Positions 50,230-64,000 of a stretch of 64,000 nt of DNA are shown piece after piece. Within the stretch, counting starts at the first letter, position 1, and each line of letters starts with the position of its first letter. The stretch is from Hamiltosporidium tvaerminnensis FI-OER-3-3. Its lineage: Eukaryota; Fungi; Microsporidia. The notes beneath the pieces are model-generated. The model was given only the letters and a program-made list of their open reading frames with translations, made no database searches and was not told where the DNA came from. Location: NCBI GenBank assembly GCA_022605425.2, contig JAKIMF020000004.1, forward strand, positions 930,001 through 994,000, in the 5' to 3' direction. The translations under genes and the position numbers were made by a program.

Positions 50230-53200
50230 GCATAAATTTTTAATTAATCAAATTTAAAATAAAGTATGAAATTTATTTCTATAAAATGTGGTTTCTACAT
50301 TATAAAACTTTATAAACTAAAAATTAAACTTTGTGTAGAATCAGTTCTATTTCCAAATTTTGTACCAATTTATTAAGAGAATAAGTAATTTGAATCTAGA
50401 ACAATACAATTCATAAACAATTTTCATTAAAGACATTGTTTTAATTGATATCACCTTCCATAAATAGATCTAAGAATATCATAGAATAGTCTGAATAAAC
50501 AAATTTTCCTAATCCGGAAACAAATTTGTTCAAAAAAAAAGTATTTATAGAGCGAAAAAACCCAGAAATTATGAAAAATTCAGAAGCAATATCTTCTTCT
50601 GAAATAGCAGAATAGAAAAATGGAACTGATGCTTATAATATAGGTCTGTGCATCGGTATAAAAAATATTATAGAGCAAATAAAAGATAAATGTGGGGAGG
50701 GGGGGTTTATTTTTAATGAAAACTCATTGGAACCGAAGTAAGAGAAGAAAATGAAAATAGGATATCTGTGCAGAACAAAAGAGATTATGTTTTCTCTTCG
50801 AAGTAGAAATGAAAATGGAGGAATGGTGTGAAATCGAAGGATTCGGTCTTATGGTTAAGATAGAATTTATCTTACGAACCGAATAGACATTGTGCTCAAA
50901 TAAGTGTTTATTATTGTGCACTGTCAGAAATAGAATAAAAATGTAATGTAGGAAATAAAATTCGAAAAATATAGAAACAAAATTCATAAAGTTAGAACTT
51001 ATGATGTTTTTAAACTATAGAAAAAAAAAACTTCAAAAGAAGAATTTCGAAACAAAAATCAACCCCCCTCCCCGCCAAAGAAATCTTGATCAGAAATAAC
51101 AAAGAAAAATAAAATTTCTTGTCATATACGAAATTTATGATTCCAAATAAAAAAGAATAAGACTTTAAGCGAAAGATAAAAATATTGATAACCAATGAAG
51201 CCGAAATTTTACCAAATAAACGAAACAAATAAAAATGAAAATTTGTAAAGACTTTGATAGATAAATTTGTATGTTGTATCTGGAATGAATATATTAAAAC
51301 AAAAAAGAATTTCAAAATATGCCTTACGATAGATAAAAGGATTATAGTCAGCTATAAAATATTTTTAAAATATAATAAAATTGTACATAATACTTAATCT
51401 ATAAGAAATCTGTCGAATGGTGTGCAAAAGAACAAAACCAAGAAAAATGATACCTTTTAAACACAATTTTAATACGAAAATACCAAGATTAAGCAATGCC
51501 TTTGAAAGATTTAGATTATTATACTAGTAACCTCTGCATTCTCTAAAATAAACCTAGAACAAATATAACTTTGTGAAATTTATAAATCCATAATAAAAGT
51601 ATAAGCAACAAAGAGATGATATAATGGACATAATACAAAATACTAAGCATATATACAACTATAAATTTTACTAATGATGACTTATAAGGATGCCTAGAAA
51701 ATACGAAGAAGCTTTCACACTAATTTGTTATATTAAGCTATGTTTTTATCTTGACTTATACTTCTATTCCCCGAAAATTGAACCAGTTCTGAATTACTAT
51801 TTATATCTAAAAGCACCAATAATTTCATACTTCTTTTACCAATGACTCTGTTGTACTTTGAAAATTATTTCAATAAATATATTTTTTATAAGAATTTTTC
51901 CTTTACTTTTATTTCTATTTATAGTTTCTTAGTAAACTTTTCACCTTTTCAAAAAAATGACAAATTTATAAAAAAATTGTTTCTAAGTTTTGTATCAAAT
52001 GAATCAAAATTATATTCAATTTAAAAGCTTTAAAAAAGTGAAAGTAAGAATAAGCGCAACATATCTCTAATAACACATTCAGAAATCTTTATTTATGTGT
52101 TTTATAAGACATGAGATGTTTGATCAATCAAAAATCAATATTTGATTTAAACTTAAGAAAATGGCTATTTTTTCAATATCAAATATATTATATGTTTTTG
52201 CATAAAACACTCTTTATATTTGGTAAATCGATTCAGAATATTATTTCTTATAAAATAGAAAATGATTTTTTTAAAGAAAAAAAAAGAACGAATAGAAACG
52301 TATGAGTTAAGATTTTAGAGTATTTATAGTTTTATTCACATAATAGGTGTATTAGAAAAAACAAATACATAAATTGGCGCCATGAAATCAATTTTTATGT
52401 TAAACTTAAATTTTTTCACAATAAATTTAGATTCATTCTTATTTATACTTAGATTCTATTTATTTAATATGTCTAAAATATGTTTAAATTTAAGAAACTG
52501 CGGACAAATTTGATAAAATTAGGAAAGAAATACTTTCCGGAGAGTCATAATTCAATAATAATCGTATACCATTCCCAGAATTGTAAATAAAAATATTAAA
52601 AACCATTATCTGATCTCTTCCTATTAATTTCCAATTTTTTTTATTCAAATTTTTCTCAGGTTTTTCTGGTGCTTATTATTTCAAAGCTGTAACCAACTAT
52701 AAAATATACTAAAAATTAGGTCATTTAACCGCAAAATATTATAGAAAATTATTTCATAGGCTTGAATATATAAGGTGTTATAGTTATCGAAAAAAATATA
52801 TGTATACTTCAAAAATTTGTTTTAACACAAATACTCTATGATTCATATAAATCCGAAGCTATTTTACATATATTCGAAGATTATAGCGCAAATTAATATT
52901 GTGAGAAAAAAATACAGATTTAATCTATCTTTAAATTTACACTTGTTTTAAAATATTTTCACATATTCATCTGAGATCATATCGAAAATCAAAAAAAATC
53001 TTTAATTTTACAAAAGTATTTTCAATGAACTCATAGTCATATCATATAAAAATTTTTAGATAAAACAAGCGCTTAGTTTTTTTACAAATCTATTTTTATC
53101 GTTGAAAATTGTAGTTCAAATTATTTATAAACTTATTGCATTTGATTAAAATTTAAATATAAACAATTTAAATAACTATTTTTCTGGAGAAATTTTAGAT

Positions 53201-53593
53201 CTATATCTGTAAAAGTAAAATTTTGTTGTTACATTACAATTCACGAGTTTTAGTTTTAAATTTAATTTTCTTTTCATAATATAATGCAATAAAAGTTTAA
53301 TACAATTATTTTAATGCCAATTTATAAACGATTTGAGTTTTTCATGTTCTATAACTGAATGAAGGAAAAAAACGAAACTATAAGAAATTTCATTCTATCA
53401 AACAAATCGGCAAAAATAATACAACACATGAAAACATTGAATTATATTTATAAAAAATACAGCAGAAGATTCTAATAATATGAAAAATATTGCCTAATAT
53501 AGGTTATCTATAACAATACGTACAAATAATTACATCCTTTTTTAAAATTCCTAGATTAATATTAAAAAAAAAAGAAATATAAATCAAATTCAA
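50230..53593 (+). repeat. ~3.35-kb segmental duplication, copy 2
   Basis: Direct repeat of 40970-44330; similarity ends where the LINE ORF begins. Confidence 0.9.
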
Positions 53594-53595
53594 AA

Positions 53596-56500
53596 ATGGG
53601 TAGAAGGAAAAAAGTAGACAGCAAAAATATAAGAAATGAAAAAATAAAGGCCGTAAACAATTTGGAGAACAGCGCTGGAGAGATTTTGATGTGTGATGTA
53701 GATTTAGCAATGTTATCGAGAGACTTCCATCTCAACCGACCTTCTATAACACCATCCACCAACCACGGCAATAGTTGCCAGACAAGTTCAGTCTACTTGT
53801 TGACACCATACCCTCGTCTTTCGAGACGGATGCCACTGCGTGTGGACCAGCTAACGGCATGACTAACATCAATACAGATGCCATTCTAGAAGGAAATCGA
53901 CTGTTAGTATAGCACTCAATACTTGACTCTGTCACAGCCGTAGAGGAAGACTGGCCTAAATTCTATTCTAACAGTGCAAAAAAGGTTTGATAGAATGCCC
54001 GGAAATGGCTGGCCCGCTACTCTGAGGTACTATAATGGGAAATTTGGCTCCACATTAGATATCGATGCGTTTAAAAAACTCGCACAAAATAAGGCAGAAA
54101 GGGAAGCCAGGCAAGAAGAAAATGGAGGGAGACGTAGAATCGCGACTTGTCTTACCAAGCCATGCACCCTGACTGACACCACGGAGTAAATAAACTTGAG
54201 AGATAAATTTTTAAGTATAATCAAAGAAATCTCGTAGAAGAAAATATGAAAAGTGGTAGTCCGAACTCGAAAGCTTCCTATTGAATTAGTTGACAGTAAA
54301 GTTTTGAACCTTATTAATCGAGTAGTCGGTGAGTATGCTGATTCATATGTGCCGATGACGATAAAGGCAGTGGCACGGATAATCCAGGCAGCCCAGGTAT
54401 GCTATGACGAGGCAACGCGCAAAGAAAAGCCTAGATCCGCTTGGAAGGAAAACATAGAAAGTAAAATTTCTAAGTTAGTACTTTCCAAAGATCTTCTCGA
54501 GAAGGCTCGTAAGCAGGAAAAGCTCTCCACTTCGGAAACGAAGAGCCTTAAAAAAATCATGCGAGAGTTTAATTTAAACTTGAGCAGCGTAACTGATCTT
54601 TCCGAGGCTTTAGTTAAAAAGGATGAGTCTTTGAATGTGTACGAGAAAAAAAATTACGATGCATGAAAGTAGGAAGCAATTCCGAAAAGAGAATCGTATG
54701 TTTGAGTTTTTGCAAGGTCGATTTTATCGTATGTTATCTGAGCGTGTGGAATCCGAGCATGTGGTTAGTCGTGATGAAATTGTGAGTTTTTGGTCTACAA
54801 TGTGGAACAAAAATGATGACACAGTCACGTATGATGATTATTTGATTCCATTTGTATCAGGTAATCATCCGATCACGTTTCCTTCACTTGATGAATTTGT
54901 AAGTATCATTAATTGGCTCCCTAATTGGAAAGCTGCTGGAATTGATGGTATTTACAATTTTTTCATTAAGAAACTTACAACTCTACACAAATATCTTTAT
55001 GATATTGTGAAAGTTATATGCTTAGAAGGAACACCTCAAGCTGATTGGTTTTAATGCGGGGTTACCTTTTTGATACCCAAAGGAATTCCACAAAGAGACT
55101 CTGACTACAGGCCAATCACTTGTATGTCCAACCTCTACAAATTAACGATAAAGTGTGTAACGAAAGTCGTTGCACTTGAAGTGGAAAGGCGAAAGTTGCT
55201 TGCGAAAAACCAAATGGGAGCAGTTAGAGGTGTGCAGGGAGCGAAAGAGCAGGCTCTACTGAATATTGCCTTAAATAAAGAGTATGGAAATAATCTTAAG
55301 GCAACATGGATTGATGTAAAAAAAGCTTATGATTCAATAGATCATGCTTATTTAACTCAATGCATTGAAAACCTTAATTTACCTGATTGGATCCTGAAAT
55401 TTATTAAGGTAATTATATCAAAATGGAAAATTGATATATCAGTAGGGCTTGAAAAAATCATGAGCAAGAAGATTGATAGAGGAATTCTACAAGGAGATAG
55501 TCTGTCACCTTTGTTATTTGTGCTGTGTATGGATCCATTAAGCCGAAAGCTTAATGAAAAATACACAAAATTACAGTACAAACAGATGCAGAATCCCATT
55601 CTACTTATAATTTCTTGTTTATTGATGATCTTAGGCTCCTTGCAAAAGACAGCTCCACATTGAGTGCTATGACAGGCGAGGCAAAGGAATTTTTAGAGGG
55701 GATTGGCTTAGAGATAAACAAAGAGAAGTCAGCCACAAATGATACGTGTTGTGAAGACACTGCTACTCTTATAGAAGCTGTTAGTGTTTACAAATATTTA
55801 GGAATAATAGAAGAAAGCAGAGGAATTCCAACACGTAGCTCATTTGAAGAAGTACAAAGCAAACTTCTATCAAGAGTTGAAAGACTTTGTCCACTAGATT
55901 AAATGCAAAAAATTTATTATGCAATCAATCAACATGCGATATGGTAATCAACTACCACATAGGAGTACTTCGACTTGAACCGGCTGACTTCTCTAAGTTA
56001 GATGATGCTGTGCGTGCGGTGTTGGTGAAGAATAAGATACATCTCCGCCCAGGATGTAAAGAGCGTTTATACCTTCCTAGAACAGAACTTGGAAGAGGCC
56101 TACATAGTGTTGAGTTGCGAAGCGAACATATGCTTCTGCAACTCTTGGATTGTCTGGAAAAAAGTAAAGAAATATCAACTAGACGAGCAGCAATCCTCAA
56201 GGTAGAGAATAATAATAAAACCCATCTTGCACTAATAAAAGGCTTCTTAAAAGTAAAGTACAGGTTGGTAGAAGAAGTCACTAAGAAAAGTTTAGAAGAA
56301 GCTCAACTTGCAAAACTATATAACGAAATAGAAAAACGAAAACTCCATTCAAAGTTATATAATGCAAGAAAAAATGAGCTTGTGAGTGTTATTGACTCGT
56401 CAATATGGTTAAAGAGAGGAAATATTAGGCCGCGTGATGAAGTAGTGTTCTGCTATATCCAGGATAGAAATGTATTCTGGGGAGCAGATGATATGTGTCA

Positions 56501-57375
56501 ACATTGCGAGTAGTCTGGTAAGACTGTGGATCATCTAGCAACTAGATGTGAAAAAATGCTAGGCCATGATTACACTAGACGGCATAATGAAGTGGTTAGA
56601 TGCCTACACCTTCTCCTTCTAAATAGATATAAGTTTAAGTCTTCAAAACGAATAAGGAGCCACTCAGTTCAAGAAATTCTTGATAATGAGTATGCAGAGA
56701 TAAGAGTGGACACCAGAATTAAAACTGATGTTAAAATTCGGAATAACAGACCGGACATATTTATTTTAGACAGGAAAAATATTGAGATAAAAACTCATTG
56801 AAGTAGGAATCACTTCCCAAGATTCACTTCAAATAGTTGAAACTGAAAAACTTAGGAAGTATGACCTGCTAGCCAATGATTTGGGTCTTATTTATAAGTG
56901 TAGTGTTGAGATAATCTCTTATATGATGACCTGGGACGGTATTGTGACAAAATACCATAAATCTCATCCTAAAAGACTAGAAATACCCATGAATGTAGAG
57001 GCATACATTCAGTCCATAGTACTTAAGAAAACAGTCGAAACAATTTCCTTTGATCGACGAAGAGGACTTGAGTCAGAACTAAATGCCGAAGAGAGCTGGG
57101 AGAGAGCGTCAATGGGTGTTATTATGAGATCAGAGATGCATGAGGAACCAATACCCCCTTTAAAAGAAGCGAAAAGAGAGGAAGATGGTGTAAAAATTTC
57201 AAACCAAAATATAAAGCACCCCTTATTTCACAAGGAGGAACCACTTTAGAGGAACCGACCAATAACATAAATGAAGAGTCGGATTTGGAAGAAGCGGCAG
57301 CAGTGGTTAAAGAGGTAGAAGAAAACATAAAAAAATTGTAAAAAATCTTTTAATCCAGAATTTTATTTAATAAAT
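53596..57375 (+). mobile_element. Near full-length RLE-type (R2/R4/NeSL-like) non-LTR retrotransposon, inactivated by frameshifts and stops
   Basis: RT motifs NWKAAGIDGI, YRPITCMSNLYKL, WIDVKKAYDSI, RGILQGDSLSPLLF, FIDDL and YKYLG. CCHC knuckle CQHCE*...DHLATRC, RHNEV motif and a PD..E restriction-like endonuclease (NNRPDIFILD...IEVGI). The tail ends AATAAA. Confidence 0.95.
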
Positions 57376-58392
57376 CTTTTCTTAGCTATAATATTGCATC
57401 TCTGTACGAAAAATGCTTATATCAGGCTTATATTCTTTATTTTGGCTAGTTTTATATCTATTTAGTTAATATTAATCCATCTTTGGTCTAAAGGTTTCTA
57501 TTCTTACGTAATATATTCCAGCCTCGTTCAAATTAATATTTTACTCAGGCGGAAATCTTTTAACTAGATACCAAAGTATATTGCAAGAATTCAAATGACG
57601 CATGGAGGTCTTAATTTATTCTTATTCTAATGTGATGATGAAATTAAACGAATACTTTGTGAATGCGGTTTAAAGCTTTAAAACTCGAAATTATATTATT
57701 TTGATTTTAAACCTTACAATTAGAAAAAATCCTTTTCTAGATTTTTTTACTTTTAAATTTTAATCAGTGAAAATAGTTTCTATTAAAAAAAAATACGATT
57801 TTCTCTTCAAATATGTTTTCGAAAAATAAATTTATCAAATTTATTTTGAAGGAAAACTTTTAAATCTGCCTGTTTAGTACTTTAATAGAATTTAAAAGTA
57901 AATTAAATTAAAAATTTAAATTTATAACAATTAAATAGGTTAGTCAAAAAAAGATTCTAACAGTAAATTTTCAATCAAAAAAAACATTAATATTTTTTTT
58001 GTATAATTCAAATGTTTATCCTCCATCTAAAATTCTTTTGAACAGAAAATTAAACAAATATATTTTCTGTGTCGTATCTTACTTTTAAAAAATATATTTT
58101 TACAACAGAATCTATACTAGTTAACTATATTTTCTATTGAAATCATGTTTTCGTTTATTTTTAAAACTTTTAATTTAATTTGTTCGGTCATATTTCTCTC
58201 TTTGTTTAGTCTCTTTATGGAATATTGAGATATAAAAAGATTTCTTACGAGAAAATCCCATGAAATAAATAAATTTTACTTTTTAATGATTATATTAAAT
58301 GATATTTTTTGATTTTTTATTTGAAAATAAATAATGATATTATGACTCTTACTAAATCAAAATTTAAAAAAACAGTTATTTTAAATTATATT

Positions 58393-60141
58393 CACCCTCT
58401 GTCCGTAATATGGTATACATTTTAGCAATTTTTTTGTCCGGAAATATGGTATACATTTACGAAACAATATAATAAATCAAAAAATGTGCATGACAAGTTT
58501 ATTATATTACCTTTTGAACGTTTTAATAAATATTAATGTAAATATTAAATAAAATTTAAAAAAATATATATTAAAATTAATAATTCACTTAAAATTTGAT
58601 TTGGCTTTAACGTATTCTTCTTTGGAACATACATATTTTTCTAGCATTCGACCTTCGCGACGAAGTTTTCCTTTACTTAAATGAGGTATTTTATAACCAT
58701 TTCCTCTATCTGCTAACATAATTGACTCCATACATGCTTGGAATGTTGTAAAAACGTTATCGAGAGTATTCGCTTCTAATTGATGAAATGCATTTTAAAC
58801 ACAATTTATTAATTCTTCAATTGTGTGAGGCGAAGCTTCATATTGCAGCGATTGTATGGAGTTGAAAAAACATAAATCAAGAACATTTAAATAGAAGCTA
58901 TTTGCCGGTTGCGCCTTAAATTTAATATTCCAGTCATCAGCAGAACCAAGAGCGACAATATCTGCATCATTATCAGAAAAATGGGGTTTTGTATTGTCTC
59001 GTTGTACGTAAATTGTTTTCTTTTTGTATGCTGGCGGAAATTTAGATTTAATTGCGGGAATTACATTATCAATGATCATGTTTTTGCAATGTACTACTGT
59101 AACAGATTCACGATTTTTTGTTATCTTTCTCTTTAGCCCTATTCTTAGAATTTATTTGAGTTGGTTCTTAATAAACAAATGGCCATATTATAATTTTCCC
59201 ATCAAAATAAAGCTTTCGATGTGCATCATAGCATGGTCGAGCTACTGCAGCCATGAACATTATTTTCGTAATATATCGCTTACTTTTGCAGTTTCTCTCC
59301 GGTTTTTCTTCGTTTAACATTAATTAATAAGAGCGCTTGACTTTAGTTAGATAAAACCACTTTTCATACTCGTGAACGTAGTCGTACAAATCATCAAAAA
59401 GCAAATCTCCATTATTAGCAAGATTTACTTTAGACAAGCAAAATTTCAATCTGTCCATTTTATTTTTATCTGTTAAAGTTGGTTTAACTGTAGAAGATAT
59501 TCTCTTGATATACTTTCCCGACTTGAATATATCAAACAAAGTCTGATTTTTGAATATCAATTGCAAAGGAAAGACTGCTTGCGTTCCTCGACGATTTAAT
59601 GGTGTATTCTTTATTTGCGCTAAATTCTTCAAATATTCTTTAGGTTTTCTTCGGCATTTTTTTTTCTTTTTTGAAGAAACATCGGCATATATCTTGCCCT
59701 TTGTGTATTGAGTTTGTGCTGCATGCCAAATTCTGCTAACGTTTAGCCGGGAAACTTGAAAGGCAGAAGAAACTTCGTTGATGGCCTCGTGTTTTAACTT
59801 ATTCTCCTTCATCTGCTGTAATAATTTTTCTAAAATATCTTGACGTTGTTCTTTGGGTAACTCTTTATATTTTGAATCTCTTTTTTCTAAATTCAACAAA
59901 TTTCCTTCCACATTTTCCATATTCGTCTTGCAGCGGTACTAATTTTTTTTACCTTAAGAAACACTGATTTTTGAGCGGTAACTTTTTAACTAAGAATGAT
60001 ATTACTAAAGTCAAATATTTTAGGTTATATTGTCATGAATATTTACTATGACAATATCATGACGGTTGCCTATTTATTTTTTATATTCACGATAATCTAC
60101 GGTTTTTTTAAAATGTATACCATATTTCCAGACAGAGGGAG
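58393..60141 (-). mobile_element. DD39D (plant-mariner/Stowaway-type) Tc1/mariner transposon, inactivated
   Basis: ~30-bp TIRs CACCCTCTGTCCGTAATATGGTATACATTTT / AAAATGTATACCATATTTCCAGACAGAGGGAG followed by TA. Transposase fragments VHEYEKWFY and QRDNTKPH...PANSFYLNVLDLCFF have 39 residues between the second and third Asp. Confidence 0.9.
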
Positions 60142-60630
60142 TATAATTTATTTTTAGATTCTTAATGTTATAATGTAAATTAAAAAATCGATTTAATAAT
60201 ATCAAATCAAAGATCAATAGATGTTCAACTTATTGATTCTCAGATCAGTGAAAGTAAATTTGTAATTTCATGCTTCTTATAATTTGTTCTTTATTATTTA
60301 AACTTCTGGCGTTTGACAGAAATTTTTTAAAGAAATATTTAAATTTTTATTTTATTTGTATTTTTCATTTCGCACAAAAATATTTTTGATTTCCAGAGAA
60401 ATTATATTTGTTTATACTTTCATGAAATACGATGTTGAATTTGATATTTGCTAAAATATTATTTTGGATTTTAAATGACTGTTTTCAATAATTCAATATC
60501 GAATTTGAAATGCTCTTGTATTAAAGCACCCTAATTTTACACTCATATACTCTATCGGTTAAGGTTAAGTATATGCATTAAATATTGAGCAATAAATTTT
60601 TTTAAAATATTTCTATAAAAACATTGTTAT

Positions 60631-61357
60631 GTGGAGGGAGGATAACCACATAAAAAACTTTCTGCTTGGCAATGAGTGTGTGAAACTGGTGTGAGGATCA
60701 TTGTTTGGATTTTTGGTGGGAATAAAACCCCACCTCATCTTCGGTTGTTCTTTGGGAGTTTGTATAAGGAAGAGAAGGTCTAAGAAATGGCGAAATTTTT
60801 CTACAAATTTATTTGTAGTTTTTTATGTAACTAGATTGCAGACCGCAGCAGAAAATGTAGGCAATTGACATGTAAAAGCGTGGAAACCTAGCATTGCTCA
60901 CTCGGGTTAGAAGACTTAGCGCCTGGGATATATAAAAATCAAAACCATTAAAAGCCGGGAGAGCTAAAAGGCAGGTTATAGCTGTTGATATGCAATGCAC
61001 TGTCTAGGTGGACCCCATGTAAGTCTATGAAATATATCTTAGCTAGAAGTTTATTGGGTTCCGCAAGTGTAGAGTAAGTGGGAATGCTGCATAGTCTTGG
61101 GGGTGCCCAGGGGGGCTTCGGCCTTCGATCACACACCATGCAACGGACATTAACGAACTTCGGGCAACTGCCTCGCCTATTAATTAGGTTCTACACGTCT
61201 GGTAAATGAAAAGCTTTGGAACGTAGGTATCGTAGGGGGTACTTATGGAGTGTTGAGGTAGCAGTTATTTATGTTAAACCTAGAACTGCATTAATGTTAT
61301 GAAAACAAATATAACACTTGCCACTATTTTAAAAAGATGTGATACTTTTAAATAAAA
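60631..61357 (+). mobile_element. ~740-nt retroposon family, full-length copy with 14-bp TSD
   Basis: Highly similar to 13257-13985. Flanked by ATAAAAACATTGTT at 60615-60628 and 61352-61365; the latter overlaps the AATAAA. Confidence 0.9.
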
Positions 61358-62084
61358 ACATTGTTTGATATTTTACAAACTTAGAAACAAATTTCTTATG
61401 CATTTATTATTTTTTAAAAAACTTTGAGAAAGTTCAATAAAAAATTTATAAATAGAAACAAACGTTAAGAAAAGGAATCATTAGAAAATTTTTATTGAAA
61501 TTATTATGTATCTAGATTAACGGTTCATTGATAAATCTGAAATAAATTTTTGTTGCATTGCGAATATCAATGAAAATTCAGAACATCGCTCTACTTTCCA
61601 GGAAATACAACTTATCAGAACTTTGTTTAAATACGGTTTAATATCAATGGATCTTAAATTAAGCGTTATAATATAATATATCATTATAAGTCATACTGTG
61701 TTTCAATTTCTTTTAGATACATACTCTGTATTTAAAATAATGCTATTTGAATCCTTTTTGTTTCTCATTCATGTAATATTGATTAGTATATTTCCCAAGG
61801 ATTTGTGTGTTTATGAATTTATCTTTCAGATTTAACAGGTTTTTATTATAAAAATTCGAATATTTGAAAGTTAGTTCTGAACATTGGTACTTATAAATTT
61901 AGCTTAAGTTAGAATATAATCATTTTTTTAGTTTGGTTCTTTACCTATCTAGTTAGTGATTTCTTATAATTCTATATGATTATAATTATGTCCTGTTCAC
62001 TGATTTATTGCTGAATATATTTTAGTTTATAAAGAGGCTTTTACATTTTTCTTTAATTTCGGAATAATTTAAGTTTTAAATCAA

Positions 62085-64000
62085 ACATTATTTATCTATC
62101 AAAGTCTTCACAAATTTTCATTTTCATTTGTTTCTTTAGTTATTATTTTCAGCTTCATTGTTATCAATATTATTCTTTCATTTTAAGTTTTATTCTTTTT
62201 TATGGTTATAATCTAATTCTTTTTTTAGTTTGAATTATAAATTTGTTATATGGCCAGGAAATTTCATTTTTCTTCGTCATTTCTGCTATAAATTTCTTTG
62301 GCGGGGAGGGGGGTTGATTTTTGTTTCGAAATTCTTCTTTTGAAGTTTCTTTTTTTCTATAGTTTAAAAACATCATAAGTTCTAACTTCTAACTTTATGA
62401 ATTTTGTTTCTATATTCTTCGAATTTTATTTCCTACATTACATTTTTTTTCTATTTCTGACAGTGCACAATAATAAACACTTATTTGAGCACAATGTCTA
62501 TTCGGTTCGTAAGATAAATTCTATCTTAACCATAAGACCGAATCCTTCGATTTCACACCATGACTCTATTTTCATTTCTAATTCGAATAGTACAATATAA
62601 TCTCTTTTGTTCTGCAGAGATCTCCTATTTTCATTTTCTTCTCTTACTTCGGTTCCAATGAGTTTTCATTAAAAATAAACCCCCCCTCCCCACATTTATC
62701 CTTTATTTCTCTATAATATTTTTTATACCGATGCAAGGACCTATCTAATAAGCATCGTTTCCATTTTCCTATCTCGCTATTTCTGAAGAAGAATATTGCT
62801 TCTGAATTTTTCATAATTTCTGGGTTTTTTCGCTCTATAAATACTTTTTTTTGAACAAATTTGTTTCCGGATTAGGAAAATTTGTTTATTCAGACTATTC
62901 TATGATATTCTTAGATCTATTTATGGAAGGTGATATCAATTAAATCAATGTCTTTAATGAAATTGGTTGTGAATTGTATTGTTCTAGATTAAAATTACTT
63001 ATTCTCTTAATAAATTGTTGCAAAATTTGGAAATAGAACTGATTCTACACAAAGTTTAATTTTAAGTTTATAAATGTTTATAATGTAGAAACCACATTTT
63101 ATAGAAATAAATTTCATACTATATTTTAAATTTGATTAATTTAAAATTTATGAGGCCAATAATTGTGGAGGGAGGATAACCACATAAAAATCATCTTTTT
63201 GGCAATGATTCTGTGAAATTGGCATGAAGATCATTGTTTTGATTTTTTTGGGAATAAAACTACAATAGATTTCCCTTCATCCATAGAATTTGTATGAGAA
63301 GGAGAAGATCTATGAATAGCGGAACTTTTTCTAAAATTTATTTTCTTTTTTTATGCTACTAGATCGAATACCGCAGTTGAACTTATAGATAATTCCCATT
63401 TAAAAGCATGGAAACCTAGCCTTACTCGCTAGGGTTTGAAGACTTTGCGCCTGAGAAAAAATAAAAACTTTTAAATCCTGGAAAATCCAGTAACAGCTTA
63501 TATATGTTGCCATTTCTTCGTACTGTTTAGATAGAGCCCTGTAAGTCGCATATATATATATATATATATATATTAACTTGAAGTTTATGAGGTTTGAAAA
63601 GGTGGAGTAAGTTGAAATGCTACTTAGTCTTATGGACACATAGAAGGTTTGTCCTTGTGATCATACTCCATGCAACGGACACCAACGTATTAGAGTAACT
63701 AGATCCCTTGTTAGTTAAGTTCTACACACCTGTTAGATGAAAGGTCTTAGGATGTAGGTATCTGAGGGGTCCCAATGATTGTGGAGTGCTGTTATTGATG
63801 ATAAACCTAGAACTGTGTTAACGTCATCAAAACAATATTACACTTGCCACTGTTTTTACACAGTATGATATTTTGAAATAAAAAAAAATTTTCAATTATT
63901 GCCGCGTTAAATTCTTCTAAATATTGATTTTAAAAAATTAGAACTTTTGATTTGACAGTATTTTTATTTAATATGTAGTCCGATCCACGTCTAAGGTTCA
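62085..64000 (-). repeat. Inverted duplication of 40122-42005 (runs off the window end)
   Basis: Reverse complement matches 40122-42005, including the retroposon copy and its flank; the MNFVSIFFEF ORF recurs at 62397. Confidence 0.9.
63165..63888 (+). mobile_element. ~740-nt retroposon family, (TA)n subfamily copy inside the inverted duplication
   Basis: GTGGAGGGAGGATAACCAC...TTTTGAAATAAAAAAAAA; paralogous to 40232-40958. Confidence 0.85.

Overview
This is very AT-rich, gene-sparse eukaryotic DNA. It is most consistent with a large-genome microsporidian (Hamiltosporidium-like); that is inferred from the intronless, divergent housekeeping genes, the CCC/GGG motifs just upstream of start codons and the transposon content. 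Only four intact genes are supported: ABCE1/RLI1, a V-ATPase c proteolipid, a Tada1/Ada1-like histone-fold protein and an Rrp42/Rrp45-like exosome subunit. The rest is mostly mobile or decayed DNA: a broken RLE-type (R2/R4/NeSL-like) non-LTR retrotransposon with four or five truncated copies, RTE-derived fragments, a DD39D mariner, a KRBA2/Ginger2-like integrase remnant, a tRNA-headed SINE candidate, a segment present three times, two tandem arrays and a probable A/T artefact. The most striking unexplained feature is a ~740-nt non-coding element present about nine times. It ends in AATAAA plus an A-tail, has 14-15 bp target-site duplications in two copies, lacks a recognisable tRNA-like head, and has many predicted helices. 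It also carries a 5'-terminal pseudoknot-like head, shared with a second shorter family, and a terminal 18-codon ORF. It looks like a retroposing, polyadenylated structured RNA. All structure calls are by eye and untested.
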